In this document: piece by piece, positions 44,001-54,513 of the stretch
Layout: each line of letters begins with the position of its first letter
Numbering within the stretch: position 1 is the first letter of the stretch
Source of the DNA: an uncultured delta proteobacterium
Lineage (GTDB): Bacteria > Myxococcota_A > Polyangia > Polyangiales > Polyangiaceae
Length of the DNA: 64,000 nt
Direction of reading: 5' to 3'
Assembly: GCA_963841435.1 (NCBI GenBank)
Contig: CAWJCS010000002.1
Coordinates: 576,001-640,000, forward strand
Program-made: the position numbers and the translations under genes
The notes under the pieces: generated by a model
The model's input: the letters and a program-made list of their open reading frames with translations, nothing else
The model's database searches: none
What the model was told of the DNA's origin: nothing

Positions 44001-45200
44001 TTGGGCGTGTCGGAGCGAGAGTGTCATGTGGCACGCTCCGCCGCCGTGCGGTGCACCGGCGCCCTCGTTCTTTTCGCCCTGCTCTCGCGGGGCGTCTTGG
44101 CACGCGCTGCTGAAGCTGGTCCGAGCGCGCCCGAGGCCCAGGCGCCTTCGAGCTCGACGGGCGCGACCCGCTCCACGCCCGACCGCCGCCGCCTCGCCAC
44201 CGCGACGGCCGTCGTCCCGGGCCTCGTGGCGCACGGCGCGGGCCACTACGTCGCCGGACGGACCGATACCGGCACCCGGTTGCTCGTCGCCGAGGGCGTG
44301 GGACTCGGCATGCTGCTCGTCGGCGGCGGCACGATCGCACTGAGCGGGGCGTCGCGCTACCTCGTGGGGCCTGGCACGGTGGTGACGCTCGCGGGAGCGG
44401 GACTGTTCGCGACGACGTACTTTGCCGACGTGTACGGCGTCGCGTCACCAGATCCCGGCGCCGCGCAGCAACGCTCCCGCGTTCCGCCGTCCGTCGAGAC
44501 CGAGCTCGGCATCGACGGGCTCTTCGCGCCCAAATCGGAGGCGCCTGGGTTCGTGTGGGAGCGCGTGGAGGTTCGCGCGGGTCGACTGCGGGTGACGCCC
44601 GTCGCATGGTTCGCAACCCGTGGCACGATTGCGCGCTATCGCATCGAGGGGGCCTACCGCTTGCACGGCCTATCGCCGGGCTCCCCGAGCCCGGGGCGCG
44701 ACGACTACGTCGACGTGGTCGTCGGCGCCCTGCAGCATCGCGCTCCGGATGCCGGATACAGCCGGGCCAGCGTCGAGCTCGAGCTCGCGTCGCGCTATGA
44801 TCTTTCGCACGTCGGGCCGACGCTCGCGGGCGGGTTCGTCGAGCTGTCGGCGGGCTACGCCGCCGGGCGCGTTGCCTACGAGCTCCCGGGCATCCGTGTC
44901 CCGGCAGACTTCGACCCGGTCCTGCTCAGCCGCTTTGGCTTCGGTGCCGTCCTTCGCGGACCGTTTCGTGCTGGTAGCGAAGCTCTCGTCTACTACGACC
45001 ACCGTCACGACGCGCTCGTGGGAGGGCTCTTGCTGAGGGGTCTCGGCAGCGGTGCCGCGGGTCACTTCGGTGCCAAAGCGACGGGCTTTTTTTGCGACGA
45101 GCTCGGGCTCGCGTTGAGCGGCGAGGTCGGCTCGGCCTGGCTCGCGGGCGTTTCGATGGTCTTCCGCCAAGGCGGGGCCACCCGGGGAGCGCGACGATGA
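44001..45200 (+). CDS. Hypothetical envelope protein, probable beta-barrel C-terminus
   Basis: Signal-like segment; VPG...GAGHY hydrophobic hairpin; amphipathic strands; YYDHRHD. Start uncertain. Confidence 0.7.
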   Translation: MGVSERECHVARSAAVRCTGALVLFALLSRGVLARAAEAGPSAPEAQAPSSSTGATRSTPDRRRLATATAVVPGLVAHGAGHYVAGRTDTGTRLLVAEGVGLGMLLVGGGTIALSGASRYLVGPGTVVTLAGAGLFATTYFADVYGVASPDPGAAQQRSRVPPSVETELGIDGLFAPKSEAPGFVWERVEVRAGRLRVTPVAWFATRGTIARYRIEGAYRLHGLSPGSPSPGRDDYVDVVVGALQHRAPDAGYSRASVELELASRYDLSHVGPTLAGGFVELSAGYAAGRVAYELPGIRVPADFDPVLLSRFGFGAVLRGPFRAGSEALVYYDHRHDALVGGLLLRGLGSGAAGHFGAKATGFFCDELGLALSGEVGSAWLAGVSMVFRQGGATRGARR

Positions 45201-46285
45201 GGCTCCGCTTCGTGCTCGCGTCGTGCCTCTGTTCGATGCTGGTCGCCTGCGTGCGACCCGCCGAAGAGCGCGCCGAGCGCGACCTCGAGGTGGGTGAGGC
45301 GAGCGGGTCCGGCCTCGGCGTGCACGTGAAGGACGGCCTCGCGGCGGTGCGCGCTCTCGCGGCCAATCGGCTGGTCTTGTGGTCGAGTGCTCCGGGGTTC
45401 GAGCTTTCGCTCGACGCGCAAGAGCCGCGCACCATCAGCGTGGAAATCCGCAACGTGACGCGCACAGCTGAGCTCGTCCCCGTCGAGGGTGGGCCGGAGC
45501 CGTTGTCGTCGCCGGGCGGCACGCTGCCGACCGAGCGGCGCTACGTGATCGAGCTGCCGGCGGGAACCTCGCGCTTCGCCCTCACCGCACCGGGCGCGAA
45601 GCAGCCGGGGGCGTTCCGCTTCGCGCTGCTCAGCGACGTGCAGGAGGCCATCGTCAACGTGCAGGACATCTTCCAGCGCATGAACCAAGAGGCCGACATC
45701 GAGTTCCTGCTGGGCGCTGGCGACCTCACCCAGGGCGGAAGCGTGGAGGAGCTCGAGCGTTACCAGCGCGAGCTCCGCTCGCTCTTCGTCCCTTATTATA
45801 CCACGCTCGGCAACCATGAGCTTGGCGTCACGCCGCCGCCCTATCAGGATCTGTTCGGGCGCGCGTCGTTTCACTTCGTGCATCGCGGCGTGGCGTTCAC
45901 CCTGCTCGACTCCGGGAGTGCGACGCTCGATCCTCTCGTCGACGATTGGCTCGACGGGTGGCTCGCGAGCGCCCGCTCCCAGGTCCACGTCGTGGCGATG
46001 CACATCCCGCCGCTCGACCCGATCGGCGTGCGAAACGGCGCCTTCGCGAGCCGCGCCGAGGCGGCCGCGCTGCTCGGGCGGCTTGCGGCAGGCGGCGTGG
46101 ACCTGACGCTCTACGGCCACATTCACTCGTACTATTCCTTCGACAACGCGGGCATCCCGGCGTTCATTTCGGGCGGCGGGGGCGCCCTGCCCGAGCGCTT
46201 CGATCACATCGGGCGTCACTTCATGCTGATCGACGTCGATGCCGCGCTCGGCATCACCGCGACCCAGGTCGTGCGCGTCGACTGA
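45197..46285 (+). CDS. Calcineurin-like metallophosphoesterase lipoprotein
   Basis: Lipobox LVAC; SDVQ, GDL, GNHE, HIPP and GHIH motifs; ATGA overlap. Confidence 0.9.
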   Translation: MRLRFVLASCLCSMLVACVRPAEERAERDLEVGEASGSGLGVHVKDGLAAVRALAANRLVLWSSAPGFELSLDAQEPRTISVEIRNVTRTAELVPVEGGPEPLSSPGGTLPTERRYVIELPAGTSRFALTAPGAKQPGAFRFALLSDVQEAIVNVQDIFQRMNQEADIEFLLGAGDLTQGGSVEELERYQRELRSLFVPYYTTLGNHELGVTPPPYQDLFGRASFHFVHRGVAFTLLDSGSATLDPLVDDWLDGWLASARSQVHVVAMHIPPLDPIGVRNGAFASRAEAAALLGRLAAGGVDLTLYGHIHSYYSFDNAGIPAFISGGGGALPERFDHIGRHFMLIDVDAALGITATQVVRVD

Positions 46286-46334
46286 CCCTCCGGTGGGACC
46301 ATTCACCTCGAAGAGGCGGGATGGCGCGGCCCCG

Positions 46335-48404
46335 TCAGAGCTCGATCTGCGCGCCCACTTCCATCACCCGATCGGGCGGAATGCCGAAGAACTTGTTGGC
46401 GGGCTGGGCGTTCTTGGTCATCCAGGCGAAGAGCTTGACCCGCCACGCGGCCATGCCCGCGTGCTCGCTCGCGATGAGGTTCTCGCGCCCGAGAAAGAAC
46501 GTCGTGTGCTCGACGCTGCTGATGACGCCCGCTGCTTCTAGCAACCTGGGCGCGTCGGGCTGTTCCATGAAGCCGTAGCGCGCGGTAATCCGGCTGAAGC
46601 TGCGCTCGAGGCGTTCGACGCGGTAACGATCCTCCTCGGGGACGCGCGCGCGATCGTCGGTGACGATGGTGAGTAGCACGATGCGCTGGTGCAAGACGCG
46701 GTTGTGCATGAAGTTGTGGAGCAGGGCGGGGGGCGTGCCGTCGCGCGTGCTGGTCATGAACACCGCCGTACCCGGGACCGCCGCGGACGGCTCTATCTGA
46801 ACGAGGTCGAAGAAATCCGACAGCGGCAAGAGCTGCTCGCGGAAGCGCTCGGACAGGATCCGACGGCCGCGCCGCCAGGTGGTCATCACCGCGAAGAGCG
46901 CGATGCCGATCACGAGCGGGAACCAGCCGCCGTGCGCCACCTTGGTCATATTGGCGAAGAAAAACGCGAGCTCCGGTACGACGAAGAGGAGCACGACCCC
47001 GCCCACGTGGGCCCGGCCCCAGCCCCAGCCGCGACGCGCATAGAGCGCCACGAGCAGCGTCGTGATGATCATCGTGAGCGTGACCGCGACGCCGTAGGCG
47101 GCCGCCAGGCTGCTCGAGGACCGGAAGCCGAGCACGAGGCCGATCGTCGCGACCATGAGGATCCAGTTCATGGTCGGCACGTAGATCTGCCCGCGCTCTT
47201 CGGCGCTCGTGTGGCGGACGTTCATGCGGGGCAGGAACCCGAGCATCGTCGCCTGCCGCGTGAGCGAAAAGACGCCCGTGATGAGTGCCTGCGACGCGAT
47301 CACCGTTGCCAGCGTCGAGAGCGCGACGAGCGGCGGGAGCGCCCAGCCGGGTGCCATGCGAAAGAAGGGATTCTCGACGGCGTCGGGGCGTGACAAGAGC
47401 AGCGCGCCCTGGCCGAGGTAGTTGAGGAGCAACGCAGGCAGCACGACGGCAAACCAGGCGTATTGGATGGGCCGGCGCCCGAAGTGTCCGAGGTCCGCGT
47501 AAAGCGCCTCGCCGCCCGTCACGACGAGGAAGACGGCGCCGAGCACCGTGAATCCGATGCGGCCCTCGTGGACGAGGAACGTTGCACCGTAGCCTGGCCA
47601 AAGAGCGAGGAGCACGTGCGGATTTCCCCGGATCTGGTGCGCGCCGAGCACGCCGAGGACCAAGAACCAGGTGAGCGTGATGGGCCCGAAGACGCTGCCG
47701 AGGCCGGCCGTGCCGCGCCGCTGCAGATAAAACAGGCCGATCAGGATGCCGATCGTCAGCGGCAGCACGAGCCAGTCGAGGGCCGGTGCCGCAACCTCGA
47801 GGCCTTCGACGGCGCTCAGCACCGAAATCGAGGGCGTGATCGCGCCGTCGCCGTAGAGCAGGGCCGCCCCGAACACGCCGCCCGTGATGACCAACGGACG
47901 CAGTCGCGACCGTGCGAGCGTTGACGAGGCGAGCGCCATGAGCGCGAGGATGCCGCCCTCGCCGTTGTTGTCGGCGCGCAGCACGTAGAACACGTATTTC
48001 AACGTGACGATGAGCGTGAGCGACCAGAAGATGAGCGAGAGCACGCCGAGCACGCTCGCCTCGTCGATGGCGAGGGCGTGGGAGCCGTGGAAGCACTCGC
48101 GGATGGCGTAGAGGGGGCTCGTGCCGATGTCGCCGTAAACGACGCCGAGCGCCGCGAGCGAGAGCTTCACGAGGTATGCGCGGTTGCGGGGCGCTTCGGG
48201 CGGCGCGTGACCGAAGGCGCTCGAGCTCGCGGTGGGCTCCGAAGGCAGCGGCGCGTTGCCCCGGGGAGCGCGGTCCTCGTTCACGGACGCCCGGTCGGGA
48301 GGGGGCTCCGCGCGGGGCCTTCTCTTACTTGGTGGAGGGTCGTCGTCGGCGCTCGGCGGCGCCGGTGTGGCGCCGCGGGCCGCATCGTCGGACATGCGGA
48401 CCAT
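46335..48404 (-). CDS. kup: Potassium uptake transporter Kup
   Basis: GVVYGDIGTSPLY, DNNGEGG, GGEALYADLGHFG and YGFMEQP motifs. Confidence 0.97.
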   Translation of the reverse strand: MVRMSDDAARGATPAPPSADDDPPPSKRRPRAEPPPDRASVNEDRAPRGNAPLPSEPTASSSAFGHAPPEAPRNRAYLVKLSLAALGVVYGDIGTSPLYAIRECFHGSHALAIDEASVLGVLSLIFWSLTLIVTLKYVFYVLRADNNGEGGILALMALASSTLARSRLRPLVITGGVFGAALLYGDGAITPSISVLSAVEGLEVAAPALDWLVLPLTIGILIGLFYLQRRGTAGLGSVFGPITLTWFLVLGVLGAHQIRGNPHVLLALWPGYGATFLVHEGRIGFTVLGAVFLVVTGGEALYADLGHFGRRPIQYAWFAVVLPALLLNYLGQGALLLSRPDAVENPFFRMAPGWALPPLVALSTLATVIASQALITGVFSLTRQATMLGFLPRMNVRHTSAEERGQIYVPTMNWILMVATIGLVLGFRSSSSLAAAYGVAVTLTMIITTLLVALYARRGWGWGRAHVGGVVLLFVVPELAFFFANMTKVAHGGWFPLVIGIALFAVMTTWRRGRRILSERFREQLLPLSDFFDLVQIEPSAAVPGTAVFMTSTRDGTPPALLHNFMHNRVLHQRIVLLTIVTDDRARVPEEDRYRVERLERSFSRITARYGFMEQPDAPRLLEAAGVISSVEHTTFFLGRENLIASEHAGMAAWRVKLFAWMTKNAQPANKFFGIPPDRVMEVGAQIEL

Positions 48405-48418
48405 TTGCTACTCCGTTC

Positions 48419-50794
48419 TCATTGCCTGATCCAGAACACCGTGAACGCGTCGCCGCCCTCGTCCGGCTCGGCGGCACGACTGTGCTCGACGTAGCCGGAC
48501 CCTCCGAGGTGCTCTCGGACCGCGCTCTTGACTGCGCCCGTACCGTGGCCGTGCAAAACGAAACCGAGCGGTAGCCCTTCGCCCATCATGATGTCCAAAA
48601 ATGCATCGAGCCGAGCGAGGGCGTCGTCGACGCGGGTACCGCGTAGATCGAGCATGTTTTCGCTGGTGCGCACGACGGGCGCGCGGACGCTCGACGAGCG
48701 AGGCTTCTCGGCGCGTGGCTTTCGCGGGCCCGCCCGGTCGGGCGCGGGCTCGACGTTGGAGAGCGGCACGGTGAGGCGAACGGCGCCGGCACGGAGGCGC
48801 ACCTGACCGCGTTCGGGCTCGTCTTCGACCGTGGCGAATGTCCCCAGGCGCTTCAGCCGCACGGTGGCGCCCACCCGGAGCAACGGTGGTGCGCCCGGTG
48901 AGGGTGCTTCGCCGCGGCTCGCGACGTGACGCTCGAGCGTGCCGCCGAGCGCGATGTGCTCCGCGGCACGACTCACGCTGCGCTCGGCGTCGCGCAGCGC
49001 GTCGGCGTCGAGGTCGCCCTGCTTGAGGCGCTGCCGGGCCGCGCGGACCTCGTCGCGTGCGGCGCGCACGAGCGCCGTGAGCTCGCGTGCCTCGCGCCCG
49101 AGCTCGAGGTCCGCCTCGCGTAGCGCTCGCTCCTTGTCGCGCTCGAGATCGGCGCGGATCGCCTCGGCAATGGCGAGCTCACCGCGCAGTCGAGCGCGCT
49201 CGGTTTCGAGCTCGGCCCGCTCGCGCTCGAGCTGTCTGACCGCTTCCTCGCGGTCACGTGCGGCGTGCGGCAAAAGCGCCCTGGCTCGCTCGATGATCTC
49301 GGCCCCGAGGCCGAAGCGCTCTGCCACGAACAGCGCGCTCGAAGGTCCGGGCACGCCGAGCACGAGCCGGAAGGTCGGCGAAAGCGCCACGAAGTCGAAG
49401 CCCACGCTGGCGTTCTCGAGCCGCCCGCCGCCCGCCGCGAGCTCCTTCAAGCGCTCGTAGTGCGTGGTGACTGCCGCGGCGGCGCCGCGCTCGGTGAGGG
49501 CCTCGAGCACCGCGGCGGCGAGCGCGGCGCCCTCCTCGGGGTCCGTCCCCGAGGCGACCTCGTCGAGCAGAACGAGCGTCTTCGGGCCCGCGCGCTCGAC
49601 GATCTCCGCGAGCCGCCGGACGTGTCCGCTGAACGAAGACAAGGAGCGTTCGAGGGACTGGTCGTCTCCGACGTCGGCGAGCACCTCGGCGAACCAGCCG
49701 ATGCGCGACTCGGGCGCCGCGGGGAGAGGGATCCCGGCGCGCGCCATCCAGGCGGCGAGGCCGAGGCACTTCAGCGCGACGGTCTTGCCACCGGCGTTCG
49801 GCCCGGAGATCACGAGCGCGCGCCCACCCTGCACCCGGACGTCGTTCGGCACGACGGCGACGCCGCGCGCGGCGAGCAGCGGGTGCCGCACGTCGCAGAG
49901 ATCGATGGCGTTGCTTTCGTCGGGTGTGATCACCTCGGCACGCGTCGCGCGTGCGAAGCGCGCGAGCGCCGATAGCCGGTCGGCTTCGACGGCCGCCGCG
50001 AGCGCCACCTGGCATAGAGCGCGCACCGCGCCCACGGCGCGCGTCAGCTCCGCGAGCACGCGCTTTTCTTCGCGCTCGACGGCGGCGAGCTTCAGCTTGA
50101 GACGGTTGCCCTGCTCGGTCGCTTCGCGGGGCTCGACGAACAGCGTGCCGCCCGATGCGGAGGTGCCGAGCACGATGCCCTCGACGCGCAGGTGGGCGTC
50201 GGCTCGAACGGGCAGGGCGTAGCGCCCGTCGCGCTCCGTGTAGTAGCGCCCCTGCAGGAGCGCCGCGTGCTCCTCGAGGCTCGCGTCGAGGCGCTCCTTG
50301 AGCGCCGTGCGCGCCTCCCGGGCCCGCTCGCGGGCGTCGCGCAGCGTGGGGGACGCGGCGTCCGACAGCGTTCCGTCGGCGTCGAGCGAGCGCTCGAGTC
50401 GTTCGGCGAGGCGGTCGAGGGCGGGGTCGCTATCGACCGCCTCGGCGAGCGCCGCGAAGGCCGGGCGGCGAGCTTGGGCGAAGAGACGCACGTCGCGCGC
50501 AACGCCGAGCACGCGGAGGATGCTTCCGAGCTCGCCCGCGCCGAGCGTGCCGCCGCGCTCCGCGAGCTCGAGCTCCTCGCTCATGTCGTCGAAATCCCGC
50601 AATGGGAGGCTCTCGCCGAGGGCGTCGAGCGCGAGCGCGTCACGAGCGCGCGCCGCGAGCACCTGCGCTTCGCCCGGCGTTGCGGCCGGCGCGCTCCCGA
50701 GAACGCGCGCCTTGCCGGCGCGGCTCACCGCGAGCGAGGCCAGGTGCTCGAGCAGCGCCCCCCATTCGAGGGCCCTCTCGGTTGCCGCGTCCAT
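48419..50794 (-). CDS. mutS2: MutS2 family protein with Smr domain
   Basis: SGPNAGGKT, SLSSFSGH, DE..SGTDPEEG, TTHY and LDLRG...HGHGTG motifs. Confidence 0.96.
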   Translation of the reverse strand: MDAATERALEWGALLEHLASLAVSRAGKARVLGSAPAATPGEAQVLAARARDALALDALGESLPLRDFDDMSEELELAERGGTLGAGELGSILRVLGVARDVRLFAQARRPAFAALAEAVDSDPALDRLAERLERSLDADGTLSDAASPTLRDARERAREARTALKERLDASLEEHAALLQGRYYTERDGRYALPVRADAHLRVEGIVLGTSASGGTLFVEPREATEQGNRLKLKLAAVEREEKRVLAELTRAVGAVRALCQVALAAAVEADRLSALARFARATRAEVITPDESNAIDLCDVRHPLLAARGVAVVPNDVRVQGGRALVISGPNAGGKTVALKCLGLAAWMARAGIPLPAAPESRIGWFAEVLADVGDDQSLERSLSSFSGHVRRLAEIVERAGPKTLVLLDEVASGTDPEEGAALAAAVLEALTERGAAAAVTTHYERLKELAAGGGRLENASVGFDFVALSPTFRLVLGVPGPSSALFVAERFGLGAEIIERARALLPHAARDREEAVRQLERERAELETERARLRGELAIAEAIRADLERDKERALREADLELGREARELTALVRAARDEVRAARQRLKQGDLDADALRDAERSVSRAAEHIALGGTLERHVASRGEAPSPGAPPLLRVGATVRLKRLGTFATVEDEPERGQVRLRAGAVRLTVPLSNVEPAPDRAGPRKPRAEKPRSSSVRAPVVRTSENMLDLRGTRVDDALARLDAFLDIMMGEGLPLGFVLHGHGTGAVKSAVREHLGGSGYVEHSRAAEPDEGGDAFTVFWIRQ

Positions 50795-50917
50795 GGGTGG
50801 CGCTGTCTAGCACTTCGTTGTGCGCGCTCGCCGCCCGCGCGCGGTGCGGGAAGCGGGGGGCGAATTTGACCGCAGATTTGACAAGTTAAGGGTGGGATGC
50901 CATCGAAGGCTGCTTCC

Positions 50918-52612
50918 ATGCGGCGCTTCGCTTCCGTCGTTTCCGCCAGCTGGCTGCTCGCGGCAGGCTGCACCGACACGCGCAGCGGCCCCGGCGGGGC
51001 CGATCAGCTACCACCACGCGTCGATAGCGTGCCGGTCGAGGTCGTCGTGGACTTTTCGACGACACTCGCCGAGCGGCCACCGCTCGGCTTCGGCGTCCAC
51101 GCGTCGGTCTACGACAACGCCCTGCACGAGGCGTCCACGCCGGATGCGCTACGCGAGAGCGGCATCGCGCTGCTTCGTTACCCCGGTGGCGGCTACGCCG
51201 ACAACTACCACTTTTCTGTACACCGGCTGTCGTTCTTCCACTCGGGGTCGCGGCTCACGCGCGGCTACCTCGCAAGCAGCAGCGAGTTTCCGAGCTTCAT
51301 GCAGGTGGTGGAGGCGTTCGGCGGCGCCGCCATGGTCACCGTCAACTACGGCTCGAACCTCGCGAGCGTGCCGGACGATCCGCCCGCGACGTCGTCCGGC
51401 GCGAGCCCACCACCGCTCGCCGATCCCGAGGGCAGCGGCCCGGCCACGCCCGAGGAGGCGGCGGCGTGGGTGGCCTACGCGAACGGCGAGCCCGACGACG
51501 ACCGCAGCCTCGGCGTCGACGCTTTCGGCGTCGACTGGAAATCGGTCGGCTACTGGGCTTCGCTGCGCGCCGCCGAGAAGCTCGGCGACGACGATCCCCT
51601 GGATTTCCTGCGCGCGGCGCATCCGGAGCCGTACGGCGTCGTCTACTTCGAGATCGGCAACGAGGTGTTCGGCAACGGTTATTACGGCCGCAACTTCGAG
51701 AACGACCTCCACGTCCCGTACGCGAACGAGCCGCCCGAGCAGCGCTCGCGACATCCGAAGCTCTCGGGCATCACGTACGGTGGGGGCGTCGCCGACTACG
51801 CGAAGGCGATGAAGGCCGTCGACCCGTCCGCCAAGGTGGGGGCCGTCCTCACCGCGTCTCCGCTCGACGACGGCTGGGCGCCCGACTGGAACGCCGACGT
51901 GCTCTCGCAGTGCGGCAGCGTGATCGACTTCGGCATCGTGCACTACTACCCGGGCCAGGACCCGCGCAGCATGCTCGCCGGGCCACGCAACGACATTCCC
52001 TCCATCGCCGACAGCCTGTGGGCCGCCTTCGCGGCGCAAGGCGGCGAGGATCCCGCTCGCATCGAGCTTGCCGTGACCGAGGTCGGCTCGCCGCCGGGCC
52101 TCGATTGGTCCAATTACCCCGCAAAAGATCGCCAATCCTTGGGCCTTTTCGCCATGGATGCAGCGCTCTCGTTCTTCGAGCACGGCGCGTCGAACGTCGA
52201 CTGGCTCGAGCTCCACAACGGCACGTTCCTCTCGGAGGGCTCGTCGGCGGCGCGTGGTCCGGCGTATCAGGGTCTGTCGCTGGCCGCCAAGCTCGCAGAG
52301 CCCGGTGACGCCCTCGTGTCCGTCGAGTCGAGCTACGCCCCCTTGGTCGTGCACGCCGCGCGGCGCGCCGACGGCAGGCTCGGCCTGCTCCTCGCCAACA
52401 CGCTCGCTCCCGACACGTACCGCGCCGTCGTCACCATCGACGTGACGGGCGCCGATTTGCCGAGCGACGCCGAGCGTTTCGACTACGTTCCTGGCGAGAG
52501 CACGCCGGGCATCGTGACGGGGCCGGAGCCATTCGACGCTGCGGAGGGCCCGCTCACCGTCGAGCTCGAGCCCTACCAGGCGACGCTGTTGTTGTTCGGC
52601 ACGCCCCTTTGA
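50918..52612 (+). CDS. Clan GH-A glycoside hydrolase lipoprotein (GH44/GH51-like)
   Basis: Lipobox AAGC; LRYPGG, VNYG, FEIGNE, HYY and VTE motifs; C-terminal beta-sandwich. Alternative ATG at 50897. Confidence 0.82.
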   Translation: MRRFASVVSASWLLAAGCTDTRSGPGGADQLPPRVDSVPVEVVVDFSTTLAERPPLGFGVHASVYDNALHEASTPDALRESGIALLRYPGGGYADNYHFSVHRLSFFHSGSRLTRGYLASSSEFPSFMQVVEAFGGAAMVTVNYGSNLASVPDDPPATSSGASPPPLADPEGSGPATPEEAAAWVAYANGEPDDDRSLGVDAFGVDWKSVGYWASLRAAEKLGDDDPLDFLRAAHPEPYGVVYFEIGNEVFGNGYYGRNFENDLHVPYANEPPEQRSRHPKLSGITYGGGVADYAKAMKAVDPSAKVGAVLTASPLDDGWAPDWNADVLSQCGSVIDFGIVHYYPGQDPRSMLAGPRNDIPSIADSLWAAFAAQGGEDPARIELAVTEVGSPPGLDWSNYPAKDRQSLGLFAMDAALSFFEHGASNVDWLELHNGTFLSEGSSAARGPAYQGLSLAAKLAEPGDALVSVESSYAPLVVHAARRADGRLGLLLANTLAPDTYRAVVTIDVTGADLPSDAERFDYVPGESTPGIVTGPEPFDAAEGPLTVELEPYQATLLLFGTPL

Positions 52613-52645
52613 GGCCGTCGGGGCCCGCGGCGCTCCGTGTGCGTG

Positions 52646-53125
52646 TCAGCCGGAGCCGGTTGCGGCGAGCGGGTGGGTGAAGGTCGGATGGCTGAATACA
52701 GGCGGATTTTCGCCGATCCGCACGGCGAGGACGATGTCGGAGGCGCGGCCCACGGGCTCGAGGGAGGCCGCGAGCGCCGTGAGCTCGTGCGCGGCGCGAC
52801 GGCCGAGCGCTTCGCTGACGCTCAGCGTCAACAGGCAGCCGCTCGCGGCTCTCAGGTGCGCCATCAGGCCCCGCGCGAGCACCGAACGCGCCGCGTGGGA
52901 GTCCAAGTCGCTCTTGCCGTTCGACTCGAGGACGACCTCGTCGAGCTGCCAGCCCGCCGCCGACAGTCGTGTCAGTCGGTTGGCGACCTGCGCCACGAGG
53001 TCGCTCGGCATGCCCTCGTAATGTTGCGCGACGATGGCAAGGTCACCGGAATGAGCCGGATTTACCCAGCGGGGAAACGCGGCACCGAACTCGATCACGA
53101 TCAGCGTGGCGGGGCGATTTCTCAT
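52646..53125 (-). CDS. Hypothetical protein
   Basis: GAGG before the ATG; alternating alpha/beta pattern; fills the gap between flanking genes. Confidence 0.65.
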   Translation of the reverse strand: MRNRPATLIVIEFGAAFPRWVNPAHSGDLAIVAQHYEGMPSDLVAQVANRLTRLSAAGWQLDEVVLESNGKSDLDSHAARSVLARGLMAHLRAASGCLLTLSVSEALGRRAAHELTALAASLEPVGRASDIVLAVRIGENPPVFSHPTFTHPLAATGSG

Positions 53126-53279
53126 GGCGGCCTCTCGCGTCACGACGAGTAGCGGCTCGCGAGCCGTCTGGCCAACAAAGTCGAGCGCCGTGCTTGCCCG
53201 ACCGCGGAGTGTCGATGGCCCCGGAGGCGCGGGTCGGGTATCCTTGCAGTTGGTACTCGTGCCGTCGAAAAGGATCCGC

Positions 53280-54383
53280 GTGCGCTCTCTGGGGCTTTTC
53301 ATCGTCCCGCTCGCGGCGGTCCTCGTTTCTGCCCGCGCCCTGGCCGAGGAGGCTCCCAAGGCGCCCCGCGGCTCCACGCCGGCTGCGGGCGAGACCCCAG
53401 CGCCTCCGACGGCGCCCGCAACCCCGGCTGCGTCACCCGCCGCCGAGTCGCCCGAGGGTGGAGAGGGGTCGCCCGAGCCGAGCGCCGCGCTCGCGGAAGC
53501 GAGCCGGCGCTACGAGCGTGGTCTCGCGCTGTATGCCGACGGGGAATACGTGCTCGCGCTCGTCGAGTTCGAGCGCGCCTACCAACTCGCGCCCGACTAT
53601 CGCGTCCTTTACAACATCGGTCAGGTGAGGATTCAGCTCGGCCGCTACGCCCGCGCGCTGGATGCCCTGAGCGCCTACCTCGAGCAGGGCGGGCAAGCGG
53701 TCCCGGCCGAGCGCGTGGCGGCGGTGCAGAAGGACCTCGACATGCTGGCCGAGCGCACGGCCAAGCTCACCGTCGTCACCAACGAGCCGAGCGCGAACAT
53801 TTCGCTCGACGGTGTCGTGATCGGCGTTTCGCCGCTTTCGGGGCCGCTCGTCGTCGATGCCGGCGAGCACAACGTGGGCGCTCGCAAGGTGGGCTATTAC
53901 GACAAGTTCTCGGCGGTCACGCTCGCCGGGCGCGACGACGTGAGGGTCGAGCTCGACCTCGTGCACGTCAAGGACACGGACACTCGCCCCAAGGTCGTGG
54001 TCGAGCACCGAACGGAGGAGCGCATGGTTCCGACCAGCTCGAATCGCTCGCTCATGTGGATCGGTTGGGCCGCGACGGGGACGCTCGGCATCAGCGCCGG
54101 CGTGGTCGGCTATCTTGGCGTTACCAAGGCGAACGACCTCGAGTCCATGCGGACGGACTACGGCGTCACGCCCGAGCAATTGCAGCAGACCAAGAGCTCG
54201 GCGCGCACCTTGTTCATGGTCGCGGACATCGCCGGCGCGAGCGCTGTCGTGCTCGGCGGCGTGTCGCTCTATCTCACGCTATCGTCGAGCGATCGGGTCG
54301 TCGATCGCGTCACGCGTCACGCGCCGAGCCAGTGGCGGCTCGGAATCAGCCCGAAGGGCGTGCGACTGAGCGGACGCTTCTGA
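53280..54383 (+). CDS. TPR + PEGA domain protein
   Basis: Signal peptide; ALVEFERAYQLAPDYRVLYNIG TPR; PEGA (ISLDG..IG.SPL..PL.VDAGEH); C-terminal hydrophobic hairpin ending GRF. Confidence 0.88.
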   Translation: MRSLGLFIVPLAAVLVSARALAEEAPKAPRGSTPAAGETPAPPTAPATPAASPAAESPEGGEGSPEPSAALAEASRRYERGLALYADGEYVLALVEFERAYQLAPDYRVLYNIGQVRIQLGRYARALDALSAYLEQGGQAVPAERVAAVQKDLDMLAERTAKLTVVTNEPSANISLDGVVIGVSPLSGPLVVDAGEHNVGARKVGYYDKFSAVTLAGRDDVRVELDLVHVKDTDTRPKVVVEHRTEERMVPTSSNRSLMWIGWAATGTLGISAGVVGYLGVTKANDLESMRTDYGVTPEQLQQTKSSARTLFMVADIAGASAVVLGGVSLYLTLSSSDRVVDRVTRHAPSQWRLGISPKGVRLSGRF

Positions 54384-54465
54384 GCGTCGCGCGTCGTCGT
54401 CGCTCGCCAACCAACTTCCCGGCGACGTACCCCGCGTCGGCCGCCGCCCCAACTCGGACGCACTG

Positions 54466-54497
54466 CGCGCCGCGCGCCCCCCGAAGCGCGCGGCGCG
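54466..54497. terminator. Hairpin between convergent genes
   Basis: 12-bp perfect stem CGCGCCGCGCGC/GCGCGCGGCGCG with an 8-nt loop. Confidence 0.55.
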
Positions 54498-54513
54498 AAG
54501 CGTCACGCTGGGC

